DNA of 38,406 nucleotides from the UHGV virus genome UHGV-0237655; one strand, written 5' to 3'. The position numbers and the translations under genes were made by a program. The notes beneath the pieces are model-generated. The model saw only the letters and a list, made by a program, of their open reading frames with translations, did not search any database and was not told the origin of the DNA. The stretch is from a virus. Shown in pieces: positions 26,888-35,083 of this stretch; positions within the stretch are counted from its first letter, which is position 1; each line of letters opens with the position of its first letter.

Positions 26888-27187
26888 TTGGACGAAATAA
26901 GGCAAATGCTTGAAGATGGGTGCGTAATTACCCATATACACAAGGAAATTGCGAAAAAGAGCGGAATTGACGCAAATGTTAAGACGATGAAGCGTTTTAT
27001 GAGAGAAAAAGGCTTAATCCAGGAGTCTGAATGCGAAAAGACCGAAATCAATAAATTGATAAAGGATAAGTTTAAGGGAATCGGTGAATACATGGATTTC
27101 TACGAACGTTGGGTGCGGACCAGTTGCCGGCTCAACAGGGCGATGTCGAATCCAAACCGGATATTAATGCGGAGGTATTTGCAGTAG
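26888..27187 (+). CDS. hypothetical protein, possible HTH
   Basis: TTG start uncertain (ATG 26906 alternative). A basic helix pair ITHIHKEIAKKSGIDANVKTMKRFM. Confidence 0.35.
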   Translation: MDEIRQMLEDGCVITHIHKEIAKKSGIDANVKTMKRFMREKGLIQESECEKTEINKLIKDKFKGIGEYMDFYERWVRTSCRLNRAMSNPNRILMRRYLQ

Positions 27188-27264
27188 GTTATAAAAAATA
27201 AGCGAAAAATAGAAAGGAGCCAGCCTCCGGCCGGGGCAAGGGTATACCGGGCTTCTGAGAAAAA

Positions 27265-27621
27265 ATGAAAGAGACACCAGAACAAATCATTAGTAAATGT
27301 GTGAATAACATAGTCAGAGAGATAGCGAGTTGGAAATACATACAAAAATATGGATGCAACGATCCGTTCTGGCCAGATGGATGCAACATGAATCTTACAA
27401 GAAACCATATTATAAGCTACAAGCATGATATACGGGAGATATGCGAAGCGAATAATATGCCACTCCCAGAGGGATATTACCTGCCAACGCCACCGGAAGT
27501 TGATAACAACTACATGGCGAGCCTAAAGCGGGAAGATAGAGTTAACAGGATGCGCCGGCAGGGCGTGAAGTTTGCAAAGAAAAAGACAGAATATGACTTA
27601 GAACAATTGAGTTTGTTTTAA
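27265..27621 (+). CDS. hypothetical protein (118 aa)
   Basis: Long ORF with consistent codon usage. Confidence 0.45.
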   Translation: MKETPEQIISKCVNNIVREIASWKYIQKYGCNDPFWPDGCNMNLTRNHIISYKHDIREICEANNMPLPEGYYLPTPPEVDNNYMASLKREDRVNRMRRQGVKFAKKKTEYDLEQLSLF

Positions 27622-27635
27622 CGGAGGAATGAATA

Positions 27636-27830
27636 ATGGCGAAAACAGAGAGTAGCATGGAAGAAATTAGAGTCGGAGACATAGTGATGTGCGTTGAATA
27701 TCCAGGCAATCCATGCGGAATAGTGGTTAAACAGTATCGTCCGACAGCATGCGGACAGCAGACAATGATTAAATGCAATGACGGGCGGTTATTCCACGCA
27801 CCAACAAGTGATTTTAGAAAGATAAGGTAA
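27636..27830 (+). CDS. YorP-like SH3-fold small protein
   Basis: GGAGG RBS. VGDIVMCVEYPGNPCGIVVKQYRP...HAPTSDFRKI resembles the SPbeta YorP family. Confidence 0.4.
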   Translation: MAKTESSMEEIRVGDIVMCVEYPGNPCGIVVKQYRPTACGQQTMIKCNDGRLFHAPTSDFRKIR

Positions 27831-27852
27831 TTGGAAGGAGAAAGGAATAATC

Positions 27853-28008
27853 ATGATAGGAAAATGCAAAGCACCAAACACATGTGTATGCAAATACGAA
27901 CATTGTTGCATAGAATGCCCAGAAAATGATATTTGCAATATGCAGTGTGTAGATAAGGACAGATATGAGTATTGTGTGGAGTGTCCGGAATATGAGGAGG
28001 AGCAATGA
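27853..28008 (+). CDS. cysteine-rich mini-protein (51 aa, 11 Cys)
   Basis: AGGAGAAAGGAATAATC then ATG. Encodes MIGKCKAPNTCVCKYEHCCIECPENDICNMQCVDKDRYEYCVECPEYEEEQ. Confidence 0.4.
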   Translation: MIGKCKAPNTCVCKYEHCCIECPENDICNMQCVDKDRYEYCVECPEYEEEQ

Positions 28009-28190
28009 TTTTATTTTGTCCAGATTTAACAGGAAAAGAAGAGGTAAAAGCAATGCTTATTGGGAATGGAGATTTTGTTAGACCAGTGTTACATCCGTGT
28101 ATTAAAGAGAAATGTGTAGCGTACAAGGATGGAAAGTGTATGAAATACGACAATGAAGTGGAGAGGGAAAGTGGAAGAGCGAGCATTTGA
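28005..28190 (+). CDS. small Cys-containing protein (61 aa)
   Basis: ATGA-coupled to the previous ORF. GGAGG just upstream. Confidence 0.4.
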   Translation: MILFCPDLTGKEEVKAMLIGNGDFVRPVLHPCIKEKCVAYKDGKCMKYDNEVERESGRASI

Positions 28191-28338
28191 AGATATCCTG
28201 TATATGATTAAAAGATCGTGCGACAAGAATTTTTACAAAGGCACTGATTACGATGGGATGAAACAGGAAATTGTAAGGTGTGCTACAGATATTTACATTG
28301 AGCAGATGCGACAGAACGGAGGAAAAGAAGATGAATAG
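28153..28338 (+). CDS. hypothetical small protein
   Basis: Start uncertain; overlaps the previous ORF. Confidence 0.25.
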   Translation: MKWRGKVEERAFEDILYMIKRSCDKNFYKGTDYDGMKQEIVRCATDIYIEQMRQNGGKEDE

Positions 28339-28741
28339 AGACCTTTTTAAAGCAAAGAGAAAAAGCTGGAAAGAACTTCCGAAAGAGGAATGGTGGGTTG
28401 AAGGATATTTATTTGATGATGGAATGCCAGAACCGAAACATTATTTTATTGGCGGGATAATCGTTAAACCGTATGAAGGTACAGCATGCGACAAATGGAA
28501 TGTAGTTGGCATTGATTTTTGTGAGATTGATATAAACACCCTCTGCCAGTACACCGGACTTACCGACAAGAATGGTAAGAAGATTTGGGAGAATGACCTT
28601 TTAGGACACAAACTGAATCGCGTTGAATTTTTAAATGGAACATACTGCATAAATGGAGATAGATCTTTATTTTTCGAAGCGAACACAAATGAAGTCATTG
28701 GCAATATTTTTGACAATCAAGAGATGTTGGAGGTGGAGTGA
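28331..28741 (+). CDS. YopX-family protein
   Basis: GGAGGAAAAGAAG then ATG 28331. EGYLFDDG ... YTGLTDKNGKKIWENDLL is the YopX signature. Confidence 0.6.
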   Translation: MNRDLFKAKRKSWKELPKEEWWVEGYLFDDGMPEPKHYFIGGIIVKPYEGTACDKWNVVGIDFCEIDINTLCQYTGLTDKNGKKIWENDLLGHKLNRVEFLNGTYCINGDRSLFFEANTNEVIGNIFDNQEMLEVE

Positions 28742-28929
28742 TGAACGCATTAGAGAAGATCGTGGAAGAAATCGAATCCATGAAAAATGACGCCTACGAA
28801 ACACTGAAGGAAGAAAAGAAAAGACATGGAGCGAGCAAAACAGCAGAAGAGCTGGAAAGCTATCTTTATGGCTTGACCTGTGCAGTAGATATTGTGGAGA
28901 AATATGTGGGTAAGGAGAATGTGGAATGA
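28738..28929 (+). CDS. hypothetical protein (63 aa)
   Basis: Coupled ATGA start. N-terminus MNALEKIVEEIES duplicated in the next gene. Confidence 0.4.
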   Translation: MMNALEKIVEEIESMKNDAYETLKEEKKRHGASKTAEELESYLYGLTCAVDIVEKYVGKENVE

Positions 28930-29432
28930 ACGTACTAGAGAAGATCTTGGAAGAGATTGAAGATCATGCGATAGAGTTTGAATCATTCGGAATGTGTGAT
29001 GATTATGTAAGTGTTGGTTGGGCAAAAGACATTATCCGTTCTCATATGGGCGATGTTCCGAAGTGCAGAGAATGCAGCCGAAGAAAATTTTATATGCAAG
29101 GATATGAAGATGGGAAGAAAAATGACGGTTGGATTCCGGTAAGCGAGAAATTGCCGGAAGTCGGAAAAATGGTAAAAGTTACTGTACACTCATCTGAATG
29201 GATTGGAGACTATTATTCATACTGGGTCCCAGAAGAAGAAAAGACATACCATCCGGAAGAGCGCAATGTGTACGACGGATACATAGATAGAGTGGGTATG
29301 TGGAAATTTTGTGATGATGGAGGTTCGGTCTACGCTTGCGACAAAGAATTTGGGACAGATAAGGAAACAGTGTACGATGTCGTGACAGCGTGGATGCCGA
29401 AAGAACAGATAGAACCATACAAGGAGAAATAA
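28926..29432 (+). CDS. DUF551-like protein
   Basis: GWIPVSEKLPE motif typical of DUF551. N-terminus MNVLEKILEEIED paralogous to the upstream ORF. Confidence 0.5.
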   Translation: MNVLEKILEEIEDHAIEFESFGMCDDYVSVGWAKDIIRSHMGDVPKCRECSRRKFYMQGYEDGKKNDGWIPVSEKLPEVGKMVKVTVHSSEWIGDYYSYWVPEEEKTYHPEERNVYDGYIDRVGMWKFCDDGGSVYACDKEFGTDKETVYDVVTAWMPKEQIEPYKEK

Positions 29433-29433
29433 C

Positions 29434-29625
29434 ATGGACATTTTAATTACAATCGCATTCTTAGCCCTGTACTACATCCTGGGGCTGGGAACTATGGTAG
29501 CACTAATAAGTGGGGTATATGAGGATGCAGAACTGAAATTTGAGGATTATTTAATGGCTTTGCTCTTTCCGTTTGTACTATTTGTTGTATTTGTGGATTG
29601 GGTGGTAAGAAAGATAGTGAGGTAG
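29434..29625 (+). CDS. small membrane protein (63 aa)
   Basis: Two hydrophobic helices. Confidence 0.4.
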   Translation: MDILITIAFLALYYILGLGTMVALISGVYEDAELKFEDYLMALLFPFVLFVVFVDWVVRKIVR

Positions 29626-29630
29626 AAAAT

Positions 29631-30230
29631 ATGAGAAAATTTAACTGGGACGAATTTAAGGATGCAGATAATAAGATCGCAGTGCATTGTAAGACCGAGG
29701 AAGAAGCAATAGACTTTTGTAAACAGATGTATAAGCATGGCATGAAATGGGCATCTGGGGGTAGTTATTTGAGTTATACATACTATGGGGTATACAGGGA
29801 TAAAACGTGTTACGGTGGAGAAGGTGGGTATCAAAGTTATGATTACTTCGAGAAGTATAAATGCAAAATTTTAGAATGGAGTGATTACATGCAGAAAGAA
29901 TTTACTAAAGCAGATCTAAAAGACGGAATGGTAGTTGAACAGAGAGATGGGTCTATGTATCTCGTATTGGCTGGGAAGGCAGTAAGAAAAGGCAGATGCA
30001 ATCATATAGACGGTTACACTGATGACTTGAAATGGGAAGGTTATACAGGAGGAGACATCGTTAAAGTCTATAGAATTACTCCGGAATCACTCGGATGCAT
30101 AGAAGATGTGTTTATTAAAAGCAACCTTGAACTCATTTGGGAACGCACCGAATCGAAGAAAATGACCATCGAGGAAATGCGACAGAAGCTTGAAGAGCTG
30201 ACAGGAGAGGAAATTGAGGTGACGGAATGA
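29631..30230 (+). CDS. hypothetical protein (199 aa)
   Basis: GAGG RBS 8 nt before ATG 29631. Confidence 0.45.
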   Translation: MRKFNWDEFKDADNKIAVHCKTEEEAIDFCKQMYKHGMKWASGGSYLSYTYYGVYRDKTCYGGEGGYQSYDYFEKYKCKILEWSDYMQKEFTKADLKDGMVVEQRDGSMYLVLAGKAVRKGRCNHIDGYTDDLKWEGYTGGDIVKVYRITPESLGCIEDVFIKSNLELIWERTESKKMTIEEMRQKLEELTGEEIEVTE

Positions 30231-30451
30231 ACAGGGAAGCCATGAAGCGCAGAAGGGAGACAGCAGACACCGTGAGAAAGATAGAAGCACACAAGATGGC
30301 AACGAGAAAGCCCTGTGAGACAGCTTTAAAGCAAAAGGGGCATAAAGCCTTCGCCTGTGATTTTAAAAGGGCTGACAGAACAAATACGGACACTCTGGAA
30401 TACATAGCAAGCAAGTACAACATCAAAAAGCTAATTCCGGGAGGTGATTGA
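30227..30451 (+). CDS. hypothetical basic protein (74 aa)
   Basis: ATGA-coupled start. Confidence 0.4.
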   Translation: MNREAMKRRRETADTVRKIEAHKMATRKPCETALKQKGHKAFACDFKRADRTNTDTLEYIASKYNIKKLIPGGD

Positions 30452-30452
30452 G

Positions 30453-30860
30453 GTGGATAAGAATATAATCTATGAGTACATGGATGCGAAAGCACTTGTG
30501 AAAGAGACAGAGGAAGATATCAGACGGCACAGAAGAAAGACGTTTGTGCAGGATAAAGTGACAGGCAGCAATCCAGAGTTTCCGTACCAGCCGCAGAGTT
30601 TTAACATTTCCGGATGCGTAGAGAGCACAGTGAGTATAGATGAGGAGGAACGATTACTGGAAGAGCGGAAGAAAAATGCGAAGCAGATCAAAGTAAAAGC
30701 GGAGCGTGTAATCAATAAAGCACCGGTTCGGATGCAGAGGATTATCCGGTTCAGGGTCATGCAGGGGCTGACGTGGGATGAAGTGGCTGCGAAGATGAAA
30801 GGGAATTGCACAGGAGATAGTGCAAGAATGGAATTTCAGAGGTGGATGAAAGAAAAATAA
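30453..30860 (+). CDS. ArpU/RinA-like late transcriptional regulator (sigma region-4-like)
   Basis: GTG 30453, 8 nt after GGGAGG. C-terminal RIIRFRVMQGLTWDEVAAKM resembles sigma-70 region 4 / ArpU. Position immediately upstream of the packaging module. Confidence 0.55.
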   Translation: MDKNIIYEYMDAKALVKETEEDIRRHRRKTFVQDKVTGSNPEFPYQPQSFNISGCVESTVSIDEEERLLEERKKNAKQIKVKAERVINKAPVRMQRIIRFRVMQGLTWDEVAAKMKGNCTGDSARMEFQRWMKEK

Positions 30861-30930
30861 AAGTTTGTTCGTTTTGTTCACATTGTTCGTTTTAAATAAT
30901 ATATAGTATACGATGAAAGAAGTAAATACA

Positions 30931-30966
30931 AAAGCGCGGTTGATCAGACCGCGCTTTTGATTCTTG
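30931..30966 (+). terminator. strong intrinsic terminator after the late regulator gene
   Basis: AAAGCGCGGT-tgatcag-ACCGCGCTTTTGATTCTTG. Confidence 0.7.
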
Positions 30967-30969
30967 AAC

Positions 30970-31143
30970 TTACAAGCTAATTCGTGCAATTAGGAGATAT
31001 ATAATTACTACAAAGATGTAGCTGAAAGTTCTCGAGCTACACTTTTTAATGACTTTATGTAATTTTCTACCTAAAGACAGTCCGAAAAGACTGAGTAAGA
31101 ACAAGAAAAAGTCCGTACTAGCTATCACCTCAAATAACTTCAT
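30970..31143 (-). CDS. 57-aa two-helix hydrophobic peptide (possible type I toxin-like or membrane peptide)
   Basis: Minus-strand AAGGAG 8 nt before ATG. Encodes MKLFEVIASTDFFLFLLSLFGLSLGRKLHKVIKKCSSRTFSYIFVVIIYLLIARISL. Only minus-strand gene in a 1-kb non-coding island. Confidence 0.35.
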   Translation of the reverse strand: MKLFEVIASTDFFLFLLSLFGLSLGRKLHKVIKKCSSRTFSYIFVVIIYLLIARISL

Positions 31144-31453
31144 ACATCCTTCTCCTTTTTATGGATTTAGGGCTTACATCAGAAAATTGAATGCCTAGAG
31201 AAGAATGCGAGGTAAATAGTTAGAGCGTCCTTAAGGAGGTAGGAAGATTTGAGGTGATAGCTTAAATTCCTACTTTTAAAATCGTGTAGTTAAATTTTGG
31301 CATACTGGTTTCCTCCTTTGCTATATTCCTCCTTATTATTTATGGTGCAAAATTGCTACCAGATTTATTTTACATGTTTTTTTGCTTTTTTTCAATTAGA
31401 ATATAATGATATATATAAAACAAAATTAGAGACATTTTTCGAGGTGTTTTTAT

Positions 31454-31498
31454 GCCGTGGCAAATGTAGGGCAGACAGGTTCGACTCCTGTACACGGC
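31454..31498 (+). ncRNA. tRNA-like minihelix (acceptor stem plus T-arm only)
   Basis: GCCGTG(G) pairs with (A)CACGGC. T-arm ACAGG-TTCGACT-CCTGT carries the canonical GTTCGAnTCC loop. Only 14 nt lie between acceptor and T-arm, so there is no D or anticodon arm. Confidence 0.3.
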
Positions 31499-31695
31499 TT
31501 CGGATACAAAGTGTTGACTGCTGGACGGTCCTTAAATGATTAAGCGCGCGATCGGCTTTGCATCTGATTGGTACCAAAACGCAGATATCCGCAGATCTGC
31601 AAAACAAACAAAAATAGATTCAGCAATCTATATTTAGTGTAATCAGCGTACCTGAGTGCTGCGGATAGGGTAAAGGATGTCAACTGGCATCCTAC

Positions 31696-31768
31696 GGGTG
31701 TATAGCTCAGTTGGTAGAGCGATCGGCTGTTAACCGATGTGTCGCAGGTTCGAGTCCTGCTATACCCG
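31696..31768 (+). tRNA. tRNA-Asn (anticodon GTT)
   Basis: Manual cloverleaf: acceptor GGGTGTA/TATACCC (one G-U), D-arm GCTC/GAGC, anticodon stem ATCGG/CCGAT with loop CTGTTAA, 5-nt variable loop, T-arm GCAGG-TTCGAGT-CCTGC, discriminator G. No encoded CCA. Confidence 0.9.
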
Positions 31769-31772
31769 TTGT

Positions 31773-31856
31773 GGACTACTGCAAGGTTCCTCCTTTCTTA
31801 TAGATTTCAGTTGTGTGTTTTGTTGGCATTATAATTCTTTCATTGTGCAGTAGTCC
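31773..31856. promoter_or_regulatory. 11-bp inverted repeat GGACTACTGCA / TGCAGTAGTCC enclosing a consensus TATAAT (31830-31835) upstream of the packaging genes
   Basis: Perfect 11-bp arms 62 bp apart, starting 5 nt after the tRNA. -10 box without a -35, consistent with an activator-dependent late promoter and/or cos-region element. Confidence 0.35.
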
Positions 31857-31912
31857 TAAATTCTTAGCATCCAGAGATGGGTGCTTTTATTATGCTTAAA
31901 AAGGAGAAGAGC

Positions 31913-32119
31913 ATGGGAATTGTTAAAAGATTGTTATGCAAGCATGACAAGACGGAATATGTCAGCACAGATCTTGTAAGACAGAATGATGGTAGTTTTA
32001 TCACAGAGCACATGTGGAAATGCAAGAACTGTGGGAAGCTGATTGAGGGGAAGAAACATGGGAAAGTTTTACGAAAGCCGAAAGTGGAAAAAGAAAAGAG
32101 GAAACATATTAAGGCGTGA
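31913..32119 (+). CDS. small zinc-ribbon-like protein (68 aa)
   Basis: AAGGAGAAGAGC then ATG 31913. CKHD...CKNCGK Cys pairs; Lys-rich C-terminus. Confidence 0.4.
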   Translation: MGIVKRLLCKHDKTEYVSTDLVRQNDGSFITEHMWKCKNCGKLIEGKKHGKVLRKPKVEKEKRKHIKA

Positions 32120-32387
32120 TAACTATCAATGTCAAGAGTCTAAGAGATACGGGAAGTATGCGGAAGCTACGACAGTACACCATATCTATCCATTGGAAGA
32201 GTATCCAGATCTTGCACTGATTGACTGGAATCTCATCAGCATGTCTACGGCGCAACACGACCGGATGCATGACAGGAAGACGGACAAGGTGACAAGCCTT
32301 GGAATGTACTGGCAGAGGAAAAGAAGAAGGGAGTTTGAAGCATGGAAGAAATCAAGATGTATGCAATCAGATGGAAAGGAAAAGTAA
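32058..32387 (+). CDS. HNH endonuclease (terminase-associated)
   Basis: DNYQCQES...VHHIYPLEEYPDLALIDWNLISMSTAQHDRMH matches the HNH motif. Adjacent to the terminase genes. Confidence 0.7.
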   Translation: MGKFYESRKWKKKRGNILRRDNYQCQESKRYGKYAEATTVHHIYPLEEYPDLALIDWNLISMSTAQHDRMHDRKTDKVTSLGMYWQRKRRREFEAWKKSRCMQSDGKEK

Positions 32388-32635
32388 GTGATTACGGATA
32401 CGAAGCAATGCACGTAATCGAGGAGATTGTTAAGACATGCATGGAGTGTTGCGAAGGAGATACATATACTAGCTACAGTATCAGTGGTGGACTTAAATTT
32501 GAAACAGTAGAAATAAATATAGTTGCATTGGGAAAAGAAAAAGCAGTCAGCATGGTTAAATGGTTTAAAGATAGAGTCGGAATGGAAATGGAAGTCAAAG
32601 AGATTGAGATATCCCCCCTCCCTTTTGAAAATTAA
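32342..32635 (+). CDS. hypothetical protein (97 aa)
   Basis: Between the HNH and small terminase genes; start 32342 or 32357. Confidence 0.35.
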   Translation: MEEIKMYAIRWKGKVSDYGYEAMHVIEEIVKTCMECCEGDTYTSYSISGGLKFETVEINIVALGKEKAVSMVKWFKDRVGMEMEVKEIEISPLPFEN

Positions 32636-32726
32636 AAATGTCTCAGGAGAATCGGGAGAGAGGACTCTTTCCAATAGCGCGGGGTTCTGAAAATAAATTT
32701 TCCGGCAGATAAGGAGGTGAGAATAG

Positions 32727-33089
32727 ATGGCGAGATACATACCACAAAGGCAGACGATTATTGACAGGACAGTCAAGTATATGAAAGAGCTGGGAACCTA
32801 TAAAGTACAGTATAAACAGGTGATAGAGATCTACGCAGATATGATCTATCAGTATAATGTCTTAAGCAAGCAATTTGAAGAGTCTGGATACGAAGTGATT
32901 TTGGATACAGAGAAAAGTGGGGGTAAAAAAAGCCCTATTCTCGTGAGTCTCGAAAATCTCCGGAAGGACATCGGAACGTATTCTGACAGACTGATGTTGA
33001 ATGCGAAAACATACAATGCGGAAATTGAACAGCCGAAAAAAGAGAAATCTGCATTTGCGCTATTACTGGAGAAACAGCAGGGAAAGTAA
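32727..33089 (+). CDS. terS: terminase small subunit (P27 family)
   Basis: AAGGAGGTGAGAATAG then ATG. 120 aa, immediately upstream of and abutting TerL. P27-like N-terminus. Confidence 0.65.
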   Translation: MARYIPQRQTIIDRTVKYMKELGTYKVQYKQVIEIYADMIYQYNVLSKQFEESGYEVILDTEKSGGKKSPILVSLENLRKDIGTYSDRLMLNAKTYNAEIEQPKKEKSAFALLLEKQQGK

Positions 33090-34874
33090 ATGGACTTATC
33101 TCATATTAACAGTCCGCATTTCGATACGGCTGTTCGTTATGCGGAGGATATCGTAAGTAAAAAAGTCTTGGTGAACATAGATAGAGTGCTTGCGTGCAAG
33201 AGATTTCTGACAGATTTAGAACGTGATGATTTAGATTTTCGCAGTGATCAATTTGATTTTGTGATTGATCTAATTGAGGGGACCATCCACCATGTACAGG
33301 GAGAAGACAAGAATGGAGTGAGTTTTAAAGGAACTCCGATGTTATTGACTGACTGGCAGAAATTTGTATGCGTGAATCTGTTTGGATTCTTTCGAAAAGG
33401 AACAGACATTAGGCGTTTCAATGAAGCGCTTATTTTTTTACCGAGAAAACAGGGGAAAACATCATTCAGCGCTGCGCTTGCTGAAGCAAAGAGTATTTTG
33501 GATAGATGCTCCGGTGCAAAGACATACATCGTAGCAAACTCTGTAAAGCAGACCATGGAAAGCTTTGGATTTTTGGTGGATAACGTCGAGACATTACGTG
33601 GAGATGTGAATAAGTTAAGAATCCGAAACAATAACCAAGAGCATTCCATTAGTATTGATTTTGGTGATGGAACAGCGGAAATGTATGCAATCGCAAACCA
33701 AGAAGATAAATTGGATTCTTTAAACTGTAACTGTCTGATTCTTGATGAGTTGCATTCTTGGAAAAGAGCCGGGGCAAAAAAATACATCTTGATGAAAAAT
33801 GCCATGAAAGCATATCGAAACAAATTGTTGATCGGTATTTCTACGGCGGGTGATATTCCAGATGGTTTTTTAGCAAATAGGTTAAATACGTTACATGGAG
33901 TTTTGGATGGAACAAATACAGAAAAGGCGTATGACTCCTATTTTATTTTTATTTGCAAAGCAGATCAGGACAAAGAAGGCAATGTTTTAAACAGCAAAGG
34001 CGAGATCACGACATTGGATGATCCGGAAGTATTGCAGATGTGCACGCCGTCAATCGGAGTCACTGTTACAATAGAAGACCTTATGGATGATGCAGCGCAG
34101 GCAATGAATGAGCCGCAGCTGAGAGCAGAGTATTTAAACAAAACACTGAACATCTTTACGAATGCTTTAAATGCTTATTTTGATATCAACGAATTCAGAT
34201 CATCTGACGATGAATATAACTGGTCGTTGGAAGAGCTGGCAAAACTGCCGATCACATGGTATGGCGGTGCCGATTTATCAAAACTTCACGATCTAACAGC
34301 CGGCGCAATCTACGGAACATACAAAGATGTCGACATCTGCATCACACACGCATTTTTCCCGAGGGCAGCGGCAATTAAAAAAGGCGATGAAGACGGTATC
34401 CCACTATTTGGATGGGAAGAAGACGGATGGTTGACGATGAGTAATACAGCCACGGTACTTCCAGATGACATTGTGAATTGGTTCATCTCCATGAAAAAGA
34501 TGGGATTCAAAATAAAAATTGTTGGATTCGACAAGAAATTCGGACGAGAGTTTTTCTTAAAAATGAAAAAATCTGGATTCCGGATTCAGGATCAGCCACA
34601 GTATTTTTACGTGAAGTCTGAGGGATTCCGACATATCGAAGTGAAAGTGAAGAATAAGAAATTCTATTATCTACATTCAGATGCTTTCGAGTACTGCGTA
34701 CAGAATGTAAGGGCAATTGAGAAAGTGGATGATATGATCCAGTACGAAAAGGTGGACGGAGACGGTGGTGTAAGACGAATCGACTTATTCGATGCAGGGG
34801 TCTTTTCGTGCTGTCAGATGTTGGCTGACATGGCACTTGGAAATGCAGCAAATAAATGGTTAAAGAGAGAGTAG
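33090..34874 (+). CDS. terL: terminase large subunit
   Basis: 594 aa with ATPase Walker B LILDELH and a C-terminal nuclease region. Start abuts the terS stop. Confidence 0.85.
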   Translation: MDLSHINSPHFDTAVRYAEDIVSKKVLVNIDRVLACKRFLTDLERDDLDFRSDQFDFVIDLIEGTIHHVQGEDKNGVSFKGTPMLLTDWQKFVCVNLFGFFRKGTDIRRFNEALIFLPRKQGKTSFSAALAEAKSILDRCSGAKTYIVANSVKQTMESFGFLVDNVETLRGDVNKLRIRNNNQEHSISIDFGDGTAEMYAIANQEDKLDSLNCNCLILDELHSWKRAGAKKYILMKNAMKAYRNKLLIGISTAGDIPDGFLANRLNTLHGVLDGTNTEKAYDSYFIFICKADQDKEGNVLNSKGEITTLDDPEVLQMCTPSIGVTVTIEDLMDDAAQAMNEPQLRAEYLNKTLNIFTNALNAYFDINEFRSSDDEYNWSLEELAKLPITWYGGADLSKLHDLTAGAIYGTYKDVDICITHAFFPRAAAIKKGDEDGIPLFGWEEDGWLTMSNTATVLPDDIVNWFISMKKMGFKIKIVGFDKKFGREFFLKMKKSGFRIQDQPQYFYVKSEGFRHIEVKVKNKKFYYLHSDAFEYCVQNVRAIEKVDDMIQYEKVDGDGGVRRIDLFDAGVFSCCQMLADMALGNAANKWLKRE

Positions 34875-34882
34875 GAGAAAGA

Positions 34883-35074
34883 ATGGGCATGAAAACAGAA
34901 TGCGAAATCCTTTATTTATGTGATGGGAAAAGATGCGAGAAATGCAGTGGAGATTGCAAACATACAACTGATATATCTCACGCTAAAAATAAGGATGATT
35001 TTATTGACAGAAAATGTACTTGCCTTGGAAGAGCTGAAAACGGGAGACTGATTTTTGCAGAAGACGAAGAATAG
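34883..35074 (+). CDS. cysteine-rich mini-protein (63 aa, 8 Cys)
   Basis: GGAGAAAGA then ATG. CDGKRCEKCSGDCKH...CTCLG. Confidence 0.4.
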   Translation: MGMKTECEILYLCDGKRCEKCSGDCKHTTDISHAKNKDDFIDRKCTCLGRAENGRLIFAEDEE

Positions 35075-35083
35075 GAGATTAAA

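Noticed and set aside
31297-31607. 80-aa plus and 71-aa minus ORFs in the non-coding island
   Set aside because: No RBS. They overlap the tRNA-like minihelix and AT-rich repeats; composition not protein-like.
31696-31768. tRNA-Asn as a prophage-host junction (attB)
   Set aside because: Phage genes (late regulator upstream; HNH and terminase downstream) flank it in canonical order. The integration site is expected next to int at about 15.4 kb instead.
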